Below are positions 15,964 through 24,602 of a stretch of 32,000 bases of DNA, one piece after another. Every line of letters begins with the position of its first letter. The stretch's first letter is position 1. The stretch is from an uncultured Clostridia bacterium. Its GTDB lineage: Bacteria > Bacillota > Clostridia > Christensenellales > Aristaeellaceae. The notes below the pieces were generated by a model that ran no database searches, had not been told where the DNA came from, and worked only from the letters and a program-made list of their open reading frames with translations. The position numbers were made by a program, and so were the translations under genes. The stretch is taken from assembly GCA_934647235.1 (NCBI GenBank), contig CAKUFG010000006.1, positions 66,950 through 98,949 on the forward strand, written 5' to 3'.

Positions 15964-16899
15964 ATGGTAAGTGCAAAGGATGCGCGGCGCGCCGTTCCCA
16001 TATGGAAGCGCATGCTGCAGGCGAAGTACATTTATTTGATGCTGATTCCCGCCATTTTATACTACGCGGTATTTGTATATAAGCCTATGTACGGCGTGCT
16101 GATGGCATTTCAAAAGTACAACGTCCGTAAGGGAATCTGGGGCAGCAAATGGATTGGGTTTGCAAACTTTGAACGCTTATTCAACAGTCCGGCGGCGCTT
16201 CGGGCGGTGATGACTACACTGGAAATCAGCGTTACCCGTTTATGTATTGAGTTTTGCTGCCCGATTATACTGGCGATTTTCATCAATGAAATGCGAGGGA
16301 CAAAGCTCAAGCGCGTATACCAGACGATATACACTTTTCCCCATTTTTTGTCCTGGGTAATCGTGGGTTCCATTATCAAGATGATCTTCCGCGAAAGCGG
16401 TTTGGTGAATTCGCTGCTTGGTTTGATGGGGGTTGAACCGATCAATTTTCTGGCATCCAAAAGCTTTTTCCGGCCGCTGCTGTATGGCAGCTCGATATGG
16501 AAGGGCGTGGGCTGGGCGGCCATTATTTATATGGCGGGCATTGCCGGCATCAGCCCTGAGCTGTATGAGGCGGCTGAGGTAGACGGAGCTGCCCGGCTGC
16601 AGCGGATCATTCATATTACGCTGGCCGGCATTATGCCCGTTATCATTATTCAGCTGATCCTGTCGGTCGGCGGCCTGCTGGGCGGCTCCTTTGATCAGAT
16701 TTATAACCTGCAAAATGCGGTGGTTAAATCTGTGGCGACAACCATTGATATTTATGTATATGATATCACCTTCAGCGCGGTGCCTGATTATGGGTTCTCT
16801 ACAGCGGTGGGACTTTTCCGATCTGTAATTAATATCATCTTGATGTTTATTGCCAACGGCGTTATCAAAAGGATTAACGGCCAGGGCTTGTTAGGCTAA
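15964..16899 (+). CDS. Sugar ABC transporter permease (LplB/YesP-like)
   Basis: ATG at 15964 lies 8 nt after GGAGG. The N-terminus resembles LplB (WKRMLQAKYIYLMLIPAILYYAVFVYKPMYG). Confidence 0.85.
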   Translation: MVSAKDARRAVPIWKRMLQAKYIYLMLIPAILYYAVFVYKPMYGVLMAFQKYNVRKGIWGSKWIGFANFERLFNSPAALRAVMTTLEISVTRLCIEFCCPIILAIFINEMRGTKLKRVYQTIYTFPHFLSWVIVGSIIKMIFRESGLVNSLLGLMGVEPINFLASKSFFRPLLYGSSIWKGVGWAAIIYMAGIAGISPELYEAAEVDGAARLQRIIHITLAGIMPVIIIQLILSVGGLLGGSFDQIYNLQNAVVKSVATTIDIYVYDITFSAVPDYGFSTAVGLFRSVINIILMFIANGVIKRINGQGLLG

Positions 16900-16918
16900 A
16901 GGAAAGGGAGAAAGCACG

Positions 16919-17881
16919 ATGAACGCATCTGCCAAATATCAGAAAAATGTGCAGGCTGCGGCGCTGCGCACTGGCTTCAAAAAGAAAAAAAGAAAAAAGC
17001 TGGACCTGCTGGATATCATTATTTATACAGTGCTTACGCTGCTGGCGGTGTCTATTATCATTCCCATTTATCATGTAATTCTGGTTTCACTGGCGAGCAA
17101 CAGAACCTACATGACCAATCCGGGCATGATGTTTCTTAAGCCTTCAGATATTACGCTGATTAACTATAAGTACATTTTTGAGTCGCCTATTTTAGCAACC
17201 GGCTATAAATCGACGCTTTTCATCACCGTATTAGGCACGGTTTACGGCATGAGCATTACGCTGCTGGCAGCATATGCGCTTTCCAGGCCGGCTTATCCAG
17301 GCAAAAAGCTGTTCTTTGTGCTGTTTATTCTGATTCCAATGTACTTTGGCGGCGGGATGATTCCGGCATACCTGAACCTGCGCGATCTGGGGCTGCTGAA
17401 CAAGCAGATAACCATTGTTATTATGATGGGCGTATCTGGATTCAACATGCTGATCATCAAGAGTAATATCGAGCAGATGCCCGAGGGCTTGCTGGAGGCG
17501 GCCAGACTGGACGGCGCTTCGGAGCTGGTTATATTTGTGCGCATCGTTTTGCCGCTGCAGCTGCCTATCATTGCTACGTTTTCCTTGTTTACGGCGGTAG
17601 GATACTGGAACGAGTGGTTCTGGCCCATGATGGTGCTGGACAAATCCGAGCAGTGGCCGCTGCCCCTGGTGCTGCGGGCCGTGGTGAACAGCGGCATCGG
17701 CAATTTCCAGGATGCTGCCAGCGAAAGCATGCAGTCCTATAAGAATTTGCAGGATTCGGTTTCCGCTACCGGCACTACCATGGCCACGCTGTTTATGACA
17801 ATGCTTCCCATCATGGTAACATATCCTTTCCTGCAAAAGTACTTTGTAAAGGGCACCCTTGTGGGCGCAATTAAAATGTAA
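16919..17881 (+). CDS. Sugar ABC transporter permease (LplC/YesQ-like)
   Basis: 320-aa polytopic protein. EAA-like loop LEAARLDGASELVIFVRIVLP. Confidence 0.85.
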   Translation: MNASAKYQKNVQAAALRTGFKKKKRKKLDLLDIIIYTVLTLLAVSIIIPIYHVILVSLASNRTYMTNPGMMFLKPSDITLINYKYIFESPILATGYKSTLFITVLGTVYGMSITLLAAYALSRPAYPGKKLFFVLFILIPMYFGGGMIPAYLNLRDLGLLNKQITIVIMMGVSGFNMLIIKSNIEQMPEGLLEAARLDGASELVIFVRIVLPLQLPIIATFSLFTAVGYWNEWFWPMMVLDKSEQWPLPLVLRAVVNSGIGNFQDAASESMQSYKNLQDSVSATGTTMATLFMTMLPIMVTYPFLQKYFVKGTLVGAIKM

Positions 17882-17961
17882 TCAATGCCTGGGTATACAC
17901 GGGCTTGATCGTAATCGTAATGTTTCTCTCATGACCGACCCAAAAGAAAGGAGCACTCCCG

Positions 17962-19518
17962 ATGAAAAAATGGTTGACCCTGCTTCTGGCGCTTGCCCTG
18001 CTGCTGCCTCACTGTGCTGCACTGGCGGACGAGCCCGCTTACGGCCCTTATGATAAGCATGTGAGCTTTACTGCCAGCCAGTATAGCCAGATCACTGAAG
18101 GCGGCGATTATACCCACGATGAAGTGTACTATAAGCTGCAGGACATGTTCAATTTTGACTGGGAGCTGTATGCCGTGGATGGCAGCGCCTGGCATGAAAA
18201 GAACACCATGTGGATTACCGGCGGCACGATGCCTGATATCCTGTTCTTTGGCTGGAATGCCGTCGAATACCAGCAGTATGCCGAGCAGGAGCTGATTAAG
18301 CCCTTGCCGGACGGGTGGGAAAGCAAGTATCCTAACCTGGCTGCGCAGGTGGAGGCTACGGGCATTGCCGAAGCCATCAAGGTAAACGGAAAGACCTATG
18401 GTATTCCGCATACGATTATTCATCTGGTCGGCCCCAAGAACTTTGTTTACGCTATGCATACCCTGTATTACTATCGCCTTGACTGGGCGAAGGAGCTGGG
18501 CTATGATTGGGGCGTAAGCTGCACGCTGGATGAATTTACGAGCTATCTGCGTGACTGTAAGGAAAAATTCGGCAGCGTCGGCATGGTGCAGAGCACCGGC
18601 ACGCTGCTTAAACCGCTTCTGTATCAGTTCAGCAAAGGCTACAATGCGATCTACAAGAATGAGGAAGGCAAGTACGTGCTTGGCTTTGCGGACAAGGGCA
18701 CGGTTGAAGGCACTCAGTTCCTGCGCGATATGTACAACGAGGGCCTGATCTCCAAGGAGTATTACCTGAGCAACTATAATGAATGGTATGCCGGTAAGGC
18801 GGCTGTTATCGAATATTGGGGCGGTCCGCTGCATCCCCAGGATATGGCGAACAACTGGCTTGCTGCCGCCAGCGAACCCAACGCCAAAACCCTGGATGAT
18901 GTGAAGAATATTATTGGCACTGTTACTGTGACCGATAATAACGGCGTGTATCATGCGGCAGGTACGCAGGGCAATTTCTGCTTCGGCTCCCTGTTCAGTC
19001 CCGATCTGGATGACGAAACCTTCGATCGTATTCTGGCCATGTATGATTATTTTGCTACGCTGGAGGGCTTTGAGCTGACGCAGCTGGGTATTCGCGGCGT
19101 GGATTGGGACAAGGATGAGGAAGGCCATTATACGCTGCTGTGCCCCGAGATTCTGGATGGTACCTATGCTGTGATCCGTGAAAAGTATCCCTCGATGTAT
19201 TATCTGTACCTGCGCAACGTGCTGTCCGATTCTGCTGCCTATATCAATCCGCTGATCGATTCTTATTGGCGGCAGATGAGCGACGATATGTACGAATTCC
19301 GCTGCAGCCAGGATATCGTGCCCTTTGACGCGGATCTGGCTTTCTATTCCAGCGATGCGGCGAATCATTATTCCATCAACTGGAACACTGCGGTGGATCG
19401 GCTTGTGCTGGACAGCAGCCTGGATATCGAAACTGAAGTGGCGCGCCTGATTGAGGAAAACCGCTTTATGTGGGAGCCGCTTATCAACGAACTGAATGAG
19501 AAATTCGGCGCCAAATAA
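17962..19518 (+). CDS. Large extracellular sugar-binding protein (LplA/LipO-like SBP)
   Basis: 518 aa. Signal peptide MKKWLTLLLALALLLPHCAALADE, with a Cys but no canonical lipobox. Size and context fit Lpl-type SBPs. Confidence 0.8.
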   Translation: MKKWLTLLLALALLLPHCAALADEPAYGPYDKHVSFTASQYSQITEGGDYTHDEVYYKLQDMFNFDWELYAVDGSAWHEKNTMWITGGTMPDILFFGWNAVEYQQYAEQELIKPLPDGWESKYPNLAAQVEATGIAEAIKVNGKTYGIPHTIIHLVGPKNFVYAMHTLYYYRLDWAKELGYDWGVSCTLDEFTSYLRDCKEKFGSVGMVQSTGTLLKPLLYQFSKGYNAIYKNEEGKYVLGFADKGTVEGTQFLRDMYNEGLISKEYYLSNYNEWYAGKAAVIEYWGGPLHPQDMANNWLAAASEPNAKTLDDVKNIIGTVTVTDNNGVYHAAGTQGNFCFGSLFSPDLDDETFDRILAMYDYFATLEGFELTQLGIRGVDWDKDEEGHYTLLCPEILDGTYAVIREKYPSMYYLYLRNVLSDSAAYINPLIDSYWRQMSDDMYEFRCSQDIVPFDADLAFYSSDAANHYSINWNTAVDRLVLDSSLDIETEVARLIEENRFMWEPLINELNEKFGAK

Positions 19519-19553
19519 AACAATCTGACCTGCCAAAGGGCGGAGGTGTGAAG

Positions 19554-20270
19554 ATGTACCGAGCTATGATTGTGGACGATGACAGATGGGCCCTGAAGGA
19601 CATCTGCTCCACGTTTCATTTTCAACAGCAGGGCTTTGAGCTGGTTTCTTCCTGCACAAGCGGAGAAGAAGCCGAGGCTGCATTTGAACACCTTCGCCCT
19701 GATGTTTTGATTACGGATATCCAGCTGGGCGGTATGGACGGATTGGAGCTGATGCACCGCTGCCTGGCTATGAAGAACGATCTGATTACAATTATCGTAT
19801 CCGGACACAGCGATTTCAGCTACGCAAAGGACGCTCTGAACGGGGGCGCGACGCACTACCTGCTTAAACCGATTGACGGAAGCGAAGCTGTTCTTGCGCT
19901 GCAAAAATGCTACGCTGCGCTTACCTCGCGCAAACCGAAGGATAACGAAGACTGCATAGCGAGCATCTGCAGCTATGTTGGCGCGCATCTGTCGCCCTCT
20001 CTGACGCTGGCGGAAATTGCAAACCAGTATTATCTGAACGTTACCTATCTTTCAGAACTGTTTCAAAGAAGAATGGGCGTTTCATTTTCTGCGTATAAGA
20101 AAAAATGCATGCTGGAGAAGGCGTGCGATGTGCTTAAGCAGAGGGATTCCCGCGTAATGGAGGCGTCCGAAAGCTGCGGCTTCCAGGATATTCATTATTT
20201 CTCTCGCTGGTTCAAGGAACAAACAAAAATGAGCCCCAAGGAATACAAAGAGCTATTTTGCCGCCGCTGA
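19554..20270 (+). CDS. Response regulator with AraC-type HTH output (YesN-like, compact)
   Basis: ATG at 19554 lies 7 nt after GGAGG. REC domain (IVDDD, VLITDIQLGGMDG, LLKP) plus a single AraC HTH (FQDIHYFSRWFKEQTKMSPKEYK). Confidence 0.85.
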   Translation: MYRAMIVDDDRWALKDICSTFHFQQQGFELVSSCTSGEEAEAAFEHLRPDVLITDIQLGGMDGLELMHRCLAMKNDLITIIVSGHSDFSYAKDALNGGATHYLLKPIDGSEAVLALQKCYAALTSRKPKDNEDCIASICSYVGAHLSPSLTLAEIANQYYLNVTYLSELFQRRMGVSFSAYKKKCMLEKACDVLKQRDSRVMEASESCGFQDIHYFSRWFKEQTKMSPKEYKELFCRR

Positions 20271-20289
20271 TAAATGGAGGATAATAAAA

Positions 20290-21570
20290 ATGACGGAATG
20301 GCATTATGCATTATACGGTGACGGCGTTCACGACGATACGGACGCCATTCAGGAGCGCTTGGACAGCCGAATAGCCTGCGTGTATCTGCCCGCGCCGAAA
20401 AAACATTATTGTATTAGCCGGACGCTGAAAATTCACAGCAATCAGACGCTGCGTTTGGATTCAACCACGGAAATCCGCCTGATGCCTAAATGCGATTTCT
20501 GCATGATTACCAATGCAGACCCGCGCGGTGAAGATCAGCATATCACCGTCGAAGGCGGAATATGGAACATGGACAATATGAACCAGACGCCCTTTATGGC
20601 GCATTTGAAGGTGCTGCCGGGCGATCGGTATCCGCGCAACTATGCGCCGGGCTTTCCGCCGCTGAGCGATAAATGGAATAATGCTGCAAATCAGGATGGC
20701 CAATACGATCTCCCGGAAGAATGCGGGTATATGAGCGCCGAGGGCAGCATCTGCACAATGGTGTTTTCTCATATCAAATATTTTACGCTGCGCAATCTGA
20801 CCATTAAGAACCCGCGATATTTTGCAACCTATATGTTCTATCTTCAGTATTTTACCATTGAGAATATCACCTTTGATTTCAATTACGGCAATCCATATGC
20901 AATTCATATGGACGGCATTCATCTGGACGGCGGCTGCAGGTTTGGGCATATCCGCAACCTGCAGGGACGCTGCTTTGACGATTTGCTGGCGCTCAACGCA
21001 GACGATTCGATCTATGGTCCCATCGAGGATATCAGCGTTGACGGACTATACAGCGATAATTGCCACAGCGCTGTGCGCATGCTTTCCACAAAGTCCTGGA
21101 TTCGCAACATCAATATACAAAATGTATACGGTACTTATTGGCAGTATGCAGTCGGCATCACGCGCTTTCATTATCGTCCTGACGAGGTGAACAGCCTGGG
21201 GCTGTATGATAACATAATGCTGAAAAATATCTGTGTTTCCAAGGCGCCCAGATACAGCCTGTACTGCAAGGATGACAGCTATGTTTACCCGCTGATTTTT
21301 ATCGAGCGTTTGCTGCATATCGGCAGGCTGCATATTGAAAATCTACACCGGTTGGAAAAGGTTACGCCGATCGATACCATTTATGTGGGCGAAAAAACGG
21401 ATATAAGCGAAATGGTGATTACTGATTCTTCGCAGGAGAATCGCCTTGCGGAGCCGTTCCCATTCCTGCGCAGCGAGGGCATGATTGAAAAACTGATTAT
21501 TTCCAATACAGACAGCGGAAAGGACGATCTTTTGGCGGGAAACATGCCAAAGCTGTTTTTTTCAAGATGA
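20290..21570 (+). CDS. Right-handed beta-helix protein, GH28-related/pectate-lyase-superfamily-like; no signal peptide
   Basis: The N-terminal motif YGDGVHDDTDAIQERLDS is typical of the Pectate_lyase_3-type fold. There is no hydrophobic N-terminus. Confidence 0.6.
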   Translation: MTEWHYALYGDGVHDDTDAIQERLDSRIACVYLPAPKKHYCISRTLKIHSNQTLRLDSTTEIRLMPKCDFCMITNADPRGEDQHITVEGGIWNMDNMNQTPFMAHLKVLPGDRYPRNYAPGFPPLSDKWNNAANQDGQYDLPEECGYMSAEGSICTMVFSHIKYFTLRNLTIKNPRYFATYMFYLQYFTIENITFDFNYGNPYAIHMDGIHLDGGCRFGHIRNLQGRCFDDLLALNADDSIYGPIEDISVDGLYSDNCHSAVRMLSTKSWIRNINIQNVYGTYWQYAVGITRFHYRPDEVNSLGLYDNIMLKNICVSKAPRYSLYCKDDSYVYPLIFIERLLHIGRLHIENLHRLEKVTPIDTIYVGEKTDISEMVITDSSQENRLAEPFPFLRSEGMIEKLIISNTDSGKDDLLAGNMPKLFFSR

Positions 21571-22841
21571 TCCAGGAGAAGCTTTCTATGAACAGGCTGC
21601 GTGGATTGGGCAGAATTCTCTCGGCTCAAATTGGGCTGAACATGCTGAGCAAATCCTATAAACGCTATTTGCTTACCTATATGCTGTTCACCATTGGCGG
21701 AACGATATCGAGCAGCTACTTCAGCTTTTTTCTTCTGCGTGCAACGGGCAGCGAAAGCTCGCTGCGCATATACAACCTGCTGATTGCCTGCGTGCAGCCG
21801 TTTATCATGCTGCCTGCGCTTGCAGTGCTGAAACGATGGTCGGTATCAGTGTGCATGCGCATTGGTCTGCTTATTCACACTGCGGCGTATGCGCTGCTGG
21901 CAGCCAGCGGAAATGCGGATATGGCTACTGTATATGCTGTATCGGCAATGCTCTCGTCGGGCAATGCATTTATCTTTACGGCTTATACGCCGCAGCAGCT
22001 GGCTTATGCAACGGATGAAAACCGGGATGCTTGCTACGGGGTCGTCAGCGTATTGAGTACAATTGTCAGCCTTGTGCTGCCCCTGACAACGGGGCTGTTT
22101 ATCAGCCGCTTTGACGATTTGACGGGCTATTCCGTTCTGTTTGCAGCATCATCGCTGATTACCTTAGGCAGCTTCGCCGCTTCTTTTCGGCTGACGCCTG
22201 TGGTATATGGAGATCGGCGGCAGAAAAACGTACTGCGCAGAACGATGAAGGCTTTCCTGGGCAGCAAGAAAATTTGGGCCAGCATGATTGCAACCATGCT
22301 GGACGCTATGCGCGCGCACGGATTCGGCTTTTTTTCTGCATTGCTGGTATTTGATCTGATTGGCAGAGAAAGCGTAATGGCGGTGTTCAGCGTTGCGACA
22401 ACCATTGTGAACATGATGATGAGCATTGCTTACACGCGGATGGCAACGCCGCGTAACCGCGGCTGGCTGATGCTGCTGGGCGCGGTGGGCTATACCATCG
22501 CCGTAGCGATCGTATGCCTGGACCATACGTTTACAGGGTATATCATGTATGCGCTGCTGAGCACTATTGTAAGCGTATTCATTTCCAATCCCGTTTTAAC
22601 CAGCTATCTCAGCGCAGTGCAAAACGATTCTTTCCTGTGTCAGCATGGCGCGGAGGTGCACTTGCTGCGTGAAGTCTTTGTGGCCTCAGGGCGCGTAATT
22701 GGCTTGCTGCCAGCTTTTTTGATGCCTGACCCGACAGAATACGCGGCAGTTATGATGCTTTTGTTCGCCGCCGTGCAGATTCCTGCTGCGCTGCTGACAA
22801 AGTACCTGCAGCGCAGGGTTAATTTGGAGCAATCGACATAA
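21567..22841 (+). CDS. MFS-type transporter
   Basis: About 12 hydrophobic spans. The ATG overlaps the preceding stop (ATGA). Internal starts are possible. Confidence 0.7.
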   Translation: MIQEKLSMNRLRGLGRILSAQIGLNMLSKSYKRYLLTYMLFTIGGTISSSYFSFFLLRATGSESSLRIYNLLIACVQPFIMLPALAVLKRWSVSVCMRIGLLIHTAAYALLAASGNADMATVYAVSAMLSSGNAFIFTAYTPQQLAYATDENRDACYGVVSVLSTIVSLVLPLTTGLFISRFDDLTGYSVLFAASSLITLGSFAASFRLTPVVYGDRRQKNVLRRTMKAFLGSKKIWASMIATMLDAMRAHGFGFFSALLVFDLIGRESVMAVFSVATTIVNMMMSIAYTRMATPRNRGWLMLLGAVGYTIAVAIVCLDHTFTGYIMYALLSTIVSVFISNPVLTSYLSAVQNDSFLCQHGAEVHLLREVFVASGRVIGLLPAFLMPDPTEYAAVMMLLFAAVQIPAALLTKYLQRRVNLEQST

Positions 22842-22905
22842 ATAGCCGGGACAAGGGCGGGCTTGTCTGCTGACAAGGGCGGGAATGATAATAAGAAAGC
22901 CAAAT

Positions 22906-22953
22906 AAAAAGCAGCGCATCTGCCGAAGCAATTTCGGCAGATGCGCTGCTTTT
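22906..22953. terminator. Bidirectional terminator between the convergent MFS and dehydrogenase genes
   Basis: Perfect 17-bp stem GCAGCGCATCTGCCGAA (22911-22927) pairing with TTCGGCAGATGCGCTGC (22933-22949), flanked by AAAAA and TTTT. Confidence 0.85.
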
Positions 22954-22981
22954 GGGGCTGCATCGGGCATGAGAGCATGCG

Positions 22982-23932
22982 TCAGCACAGATTCATTGGT
23001 TCCCCATCCAGCCAGGCATAGAGATTCTGGAAAACGATCCGCGCGCGGCGCAGCATGCTTTCCTCACTGGCGAAGGCGATGTGCGGGGTCAGGATGATGT
23101 TGGGCGCGTGCAGCAGGGGCTCGCTGTCGTCCAGCGGCGGCTCGCGATCATACACATCCACCGCCGCGCCAGCCAGATGGCCGCTGCGCAGCGCGCCGCA
23201 CAGCGCCTGCGAATCCACCAGCGCGCCGCGGGCGCAGTTGATAAACAGCGCGCCGGGCTTCATTTGGGCAAACTCGGCTTCGCCGATCATTTTGTGCGTC
23301 TGCGCGCAGGCGGGCGCATGCAGGGTAACGATGTCGCTGCTTTCCAGCACCTCGCGCAGCGAGGCATACTGCACGCCCAGCTGGCGCGCCTGCTCCATGG
23401 GTTTGGGATCATAGGCTACCACCCGCGCGCCGAAGGCCAGCATCAGCCGCGCCACGCGCAGCCCGATGCGTCCCAGCCCCACGATGCCCACCGTGCGCTC
23501 GGCAATCTCGCGGCCGATCAGCCCCACGCTGCCCTGATGCGCGCGCACCGCGGCGTCGCAAGCAGGCAGCCTGCGCAGCAGCGCAATGGCCATGCCCACC
23601 GTCAGCTCGGCCACGCTCTGATTGGAATAATTGGCCGCGTTGCTCACCAGCACGCCGCGCGCGCGGCACGCCTCCATGGGCACATGATCCACGCCCGTAA
23701 AGGCCACGTCGATGTATTTGAGCGCGGGATTTTCCGTCACCGCCTCGGCGGGAAAGGGCGTGTTGGCGATGATCACCGCATCCATGCCCTGCGCGCGGCG
23801 GATCACCTCCTGCGGGGAATCCGCCTTGGTATCATAGACGGTCAGCTCATGCCCGCGTTCCAGCACGGGCGCGGCCATCTCCCGCAGCATTTCTTCGCTT
23901 ACGTTCAAGGGCTCAAGCAGCGCGATTTTCAT
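22982..23932 (-). CDS. D-isomer-specific 2-hydroxyacid dehydrogenase family protein (NAD-binding)
   Basis: GIVGLGRIGLRVARL dinucleotide-binding motif, plus PGALFINCARG and HIAFAS motifs. AAGGAGG RBS. Confidence 0.85.
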   Translation of the reverse strand: MKIALLEPLNVSEEMLREMAAPVLERGHELTVYDTKADSPQEVIRRAQGMDAVIIANTPFPAEAVTENPALKYIDVAFTGVDHVPMEACRARGVLVSNAANYSNQSVAELTVGMAIALLRRLPACDAAVRAHQGSVGLIGREIAERTVGIVGLGRIGLRVARLMLAFGARVVAYDPKPMEQARQLGVQYASLREVLESSDIVTLHAPACAQTHKMIGEAEFAQMKPGALFINCARGALVDSQALCGALRSGHLAGAAVDVYDREPPLDDSEPLLHAPNIILTPHIAFASEESMLRRARIVFQNLYAWLDGEPMNLC

Positions 23933-23947
23933 GGGAAACGCCTCCTT

Positions 23948-24496
23948 TTACAGGTGCAGCGCGGCGCGCAGCCGCTCGGAGATCAGGCAGGCCAGCACAA
24001 TCTTGATCGCATCGGGGATCAGATAGGGCACCACGCAGATGCTCAGCACCGCGCCCAGCGAGATAGCGCCCTTGGTCTGGGTGTATACCTGCATAAACCA
24101 CACAGAGCCCGCGGCATAGCAGGCCAGCAGGCCCAGCGCCATGCTAAGCAGCGTAAACACGCGCCGCCGCGGCAGCAGCCGCTGCATCAGCGCCATTACC
24201 AGGGCGGAGAGCACAAAGCCCAGGATGTAACCGCCCGTCATGCCCAGCAGATGCCCCAGCCCCCCGGAAAAGCCCGAGAACACCGGAAAGCCCACCGCGC
24301 CCAGCAGCAGATACAGCAGCACCGATACCAGCCCCCAGCTCCCGCCCAGCAGATCGCACACCAGCAGCACAGCAAAGGTCTGCAGCGTAAAGGGCACGGT
24401 CGCCGGCACGCTGATCCACGAGCACAGGACAATAAGCACCGCGCCCAGCGAAATATAAGCCATCTTCAGCGCGGAAAAGGGTTTTTTTGTTACCAT
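23948..24496 (-). CDS. bioY: Biotin transporter S component BioY
   Basis: Internal ATG (MVTKKPFSALK...). BioY-like motifs VPFTLQTFAVLL and GGYILGF. Lies 15 nt upstream of the dehydrogenase gene. Confidence 0.8.
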   Translation of the reverse strand: MVTKKPFSALKMAYISLGAVLIVLCSWISVPATVPFTLQTFAVLLVCDLLGGSWGLVSVLLYLLLGAVGFPVFSGFSGGLGHLLGMTGGYILGFVLSALVMALMQRLLPRRRVFTLLSMALGLLACYAAGSVWFMQVYTQTKGAISLGAVLSICVVPYLIPDAIKIVLACLISERLRAALHL

Positions 24497-24602
24497 CGTT
24501 CGTAATACTCCTTTGTAAAAAGAATACCCCGATAGTATACACCGCGCGGCGCGCCGCACGCAAGAGGGCGGATGTGGGGACAAACAACTGCAAATCCATC
24601 AT

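Noticed and set aside
17929-19536. 535-aa antisense ORF covering the whole SBP gene in the lower-G+C block, plus similar cases at 14956-15933(-) and 5374-6123(-)
   Set aside because: The sense strand encodes a signal-peptide-bearing SBP in an operon context. The antisense product has the Ile/Gln/His/Ala-rich shadow composition and no RBS or start context.
13895-22955. The low-G+C block as a classical mobile genomic island, prophage or ICE
   Set aside because: It contains no integrase, transposase, tRNA target, att-like flanking repeats or phage or conjugation genes. Only the compositional shift supports foreign origin, so it is reported as a possible old acquisition only.
24497-24602. A BirA operator or riboswitch upstream of bioY
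   Set aside because: There is no TGTAAACC/GGTTTACA-type inverted repeat and no extended conserved-looking structure. I see only a plausible TATACT -10 element.
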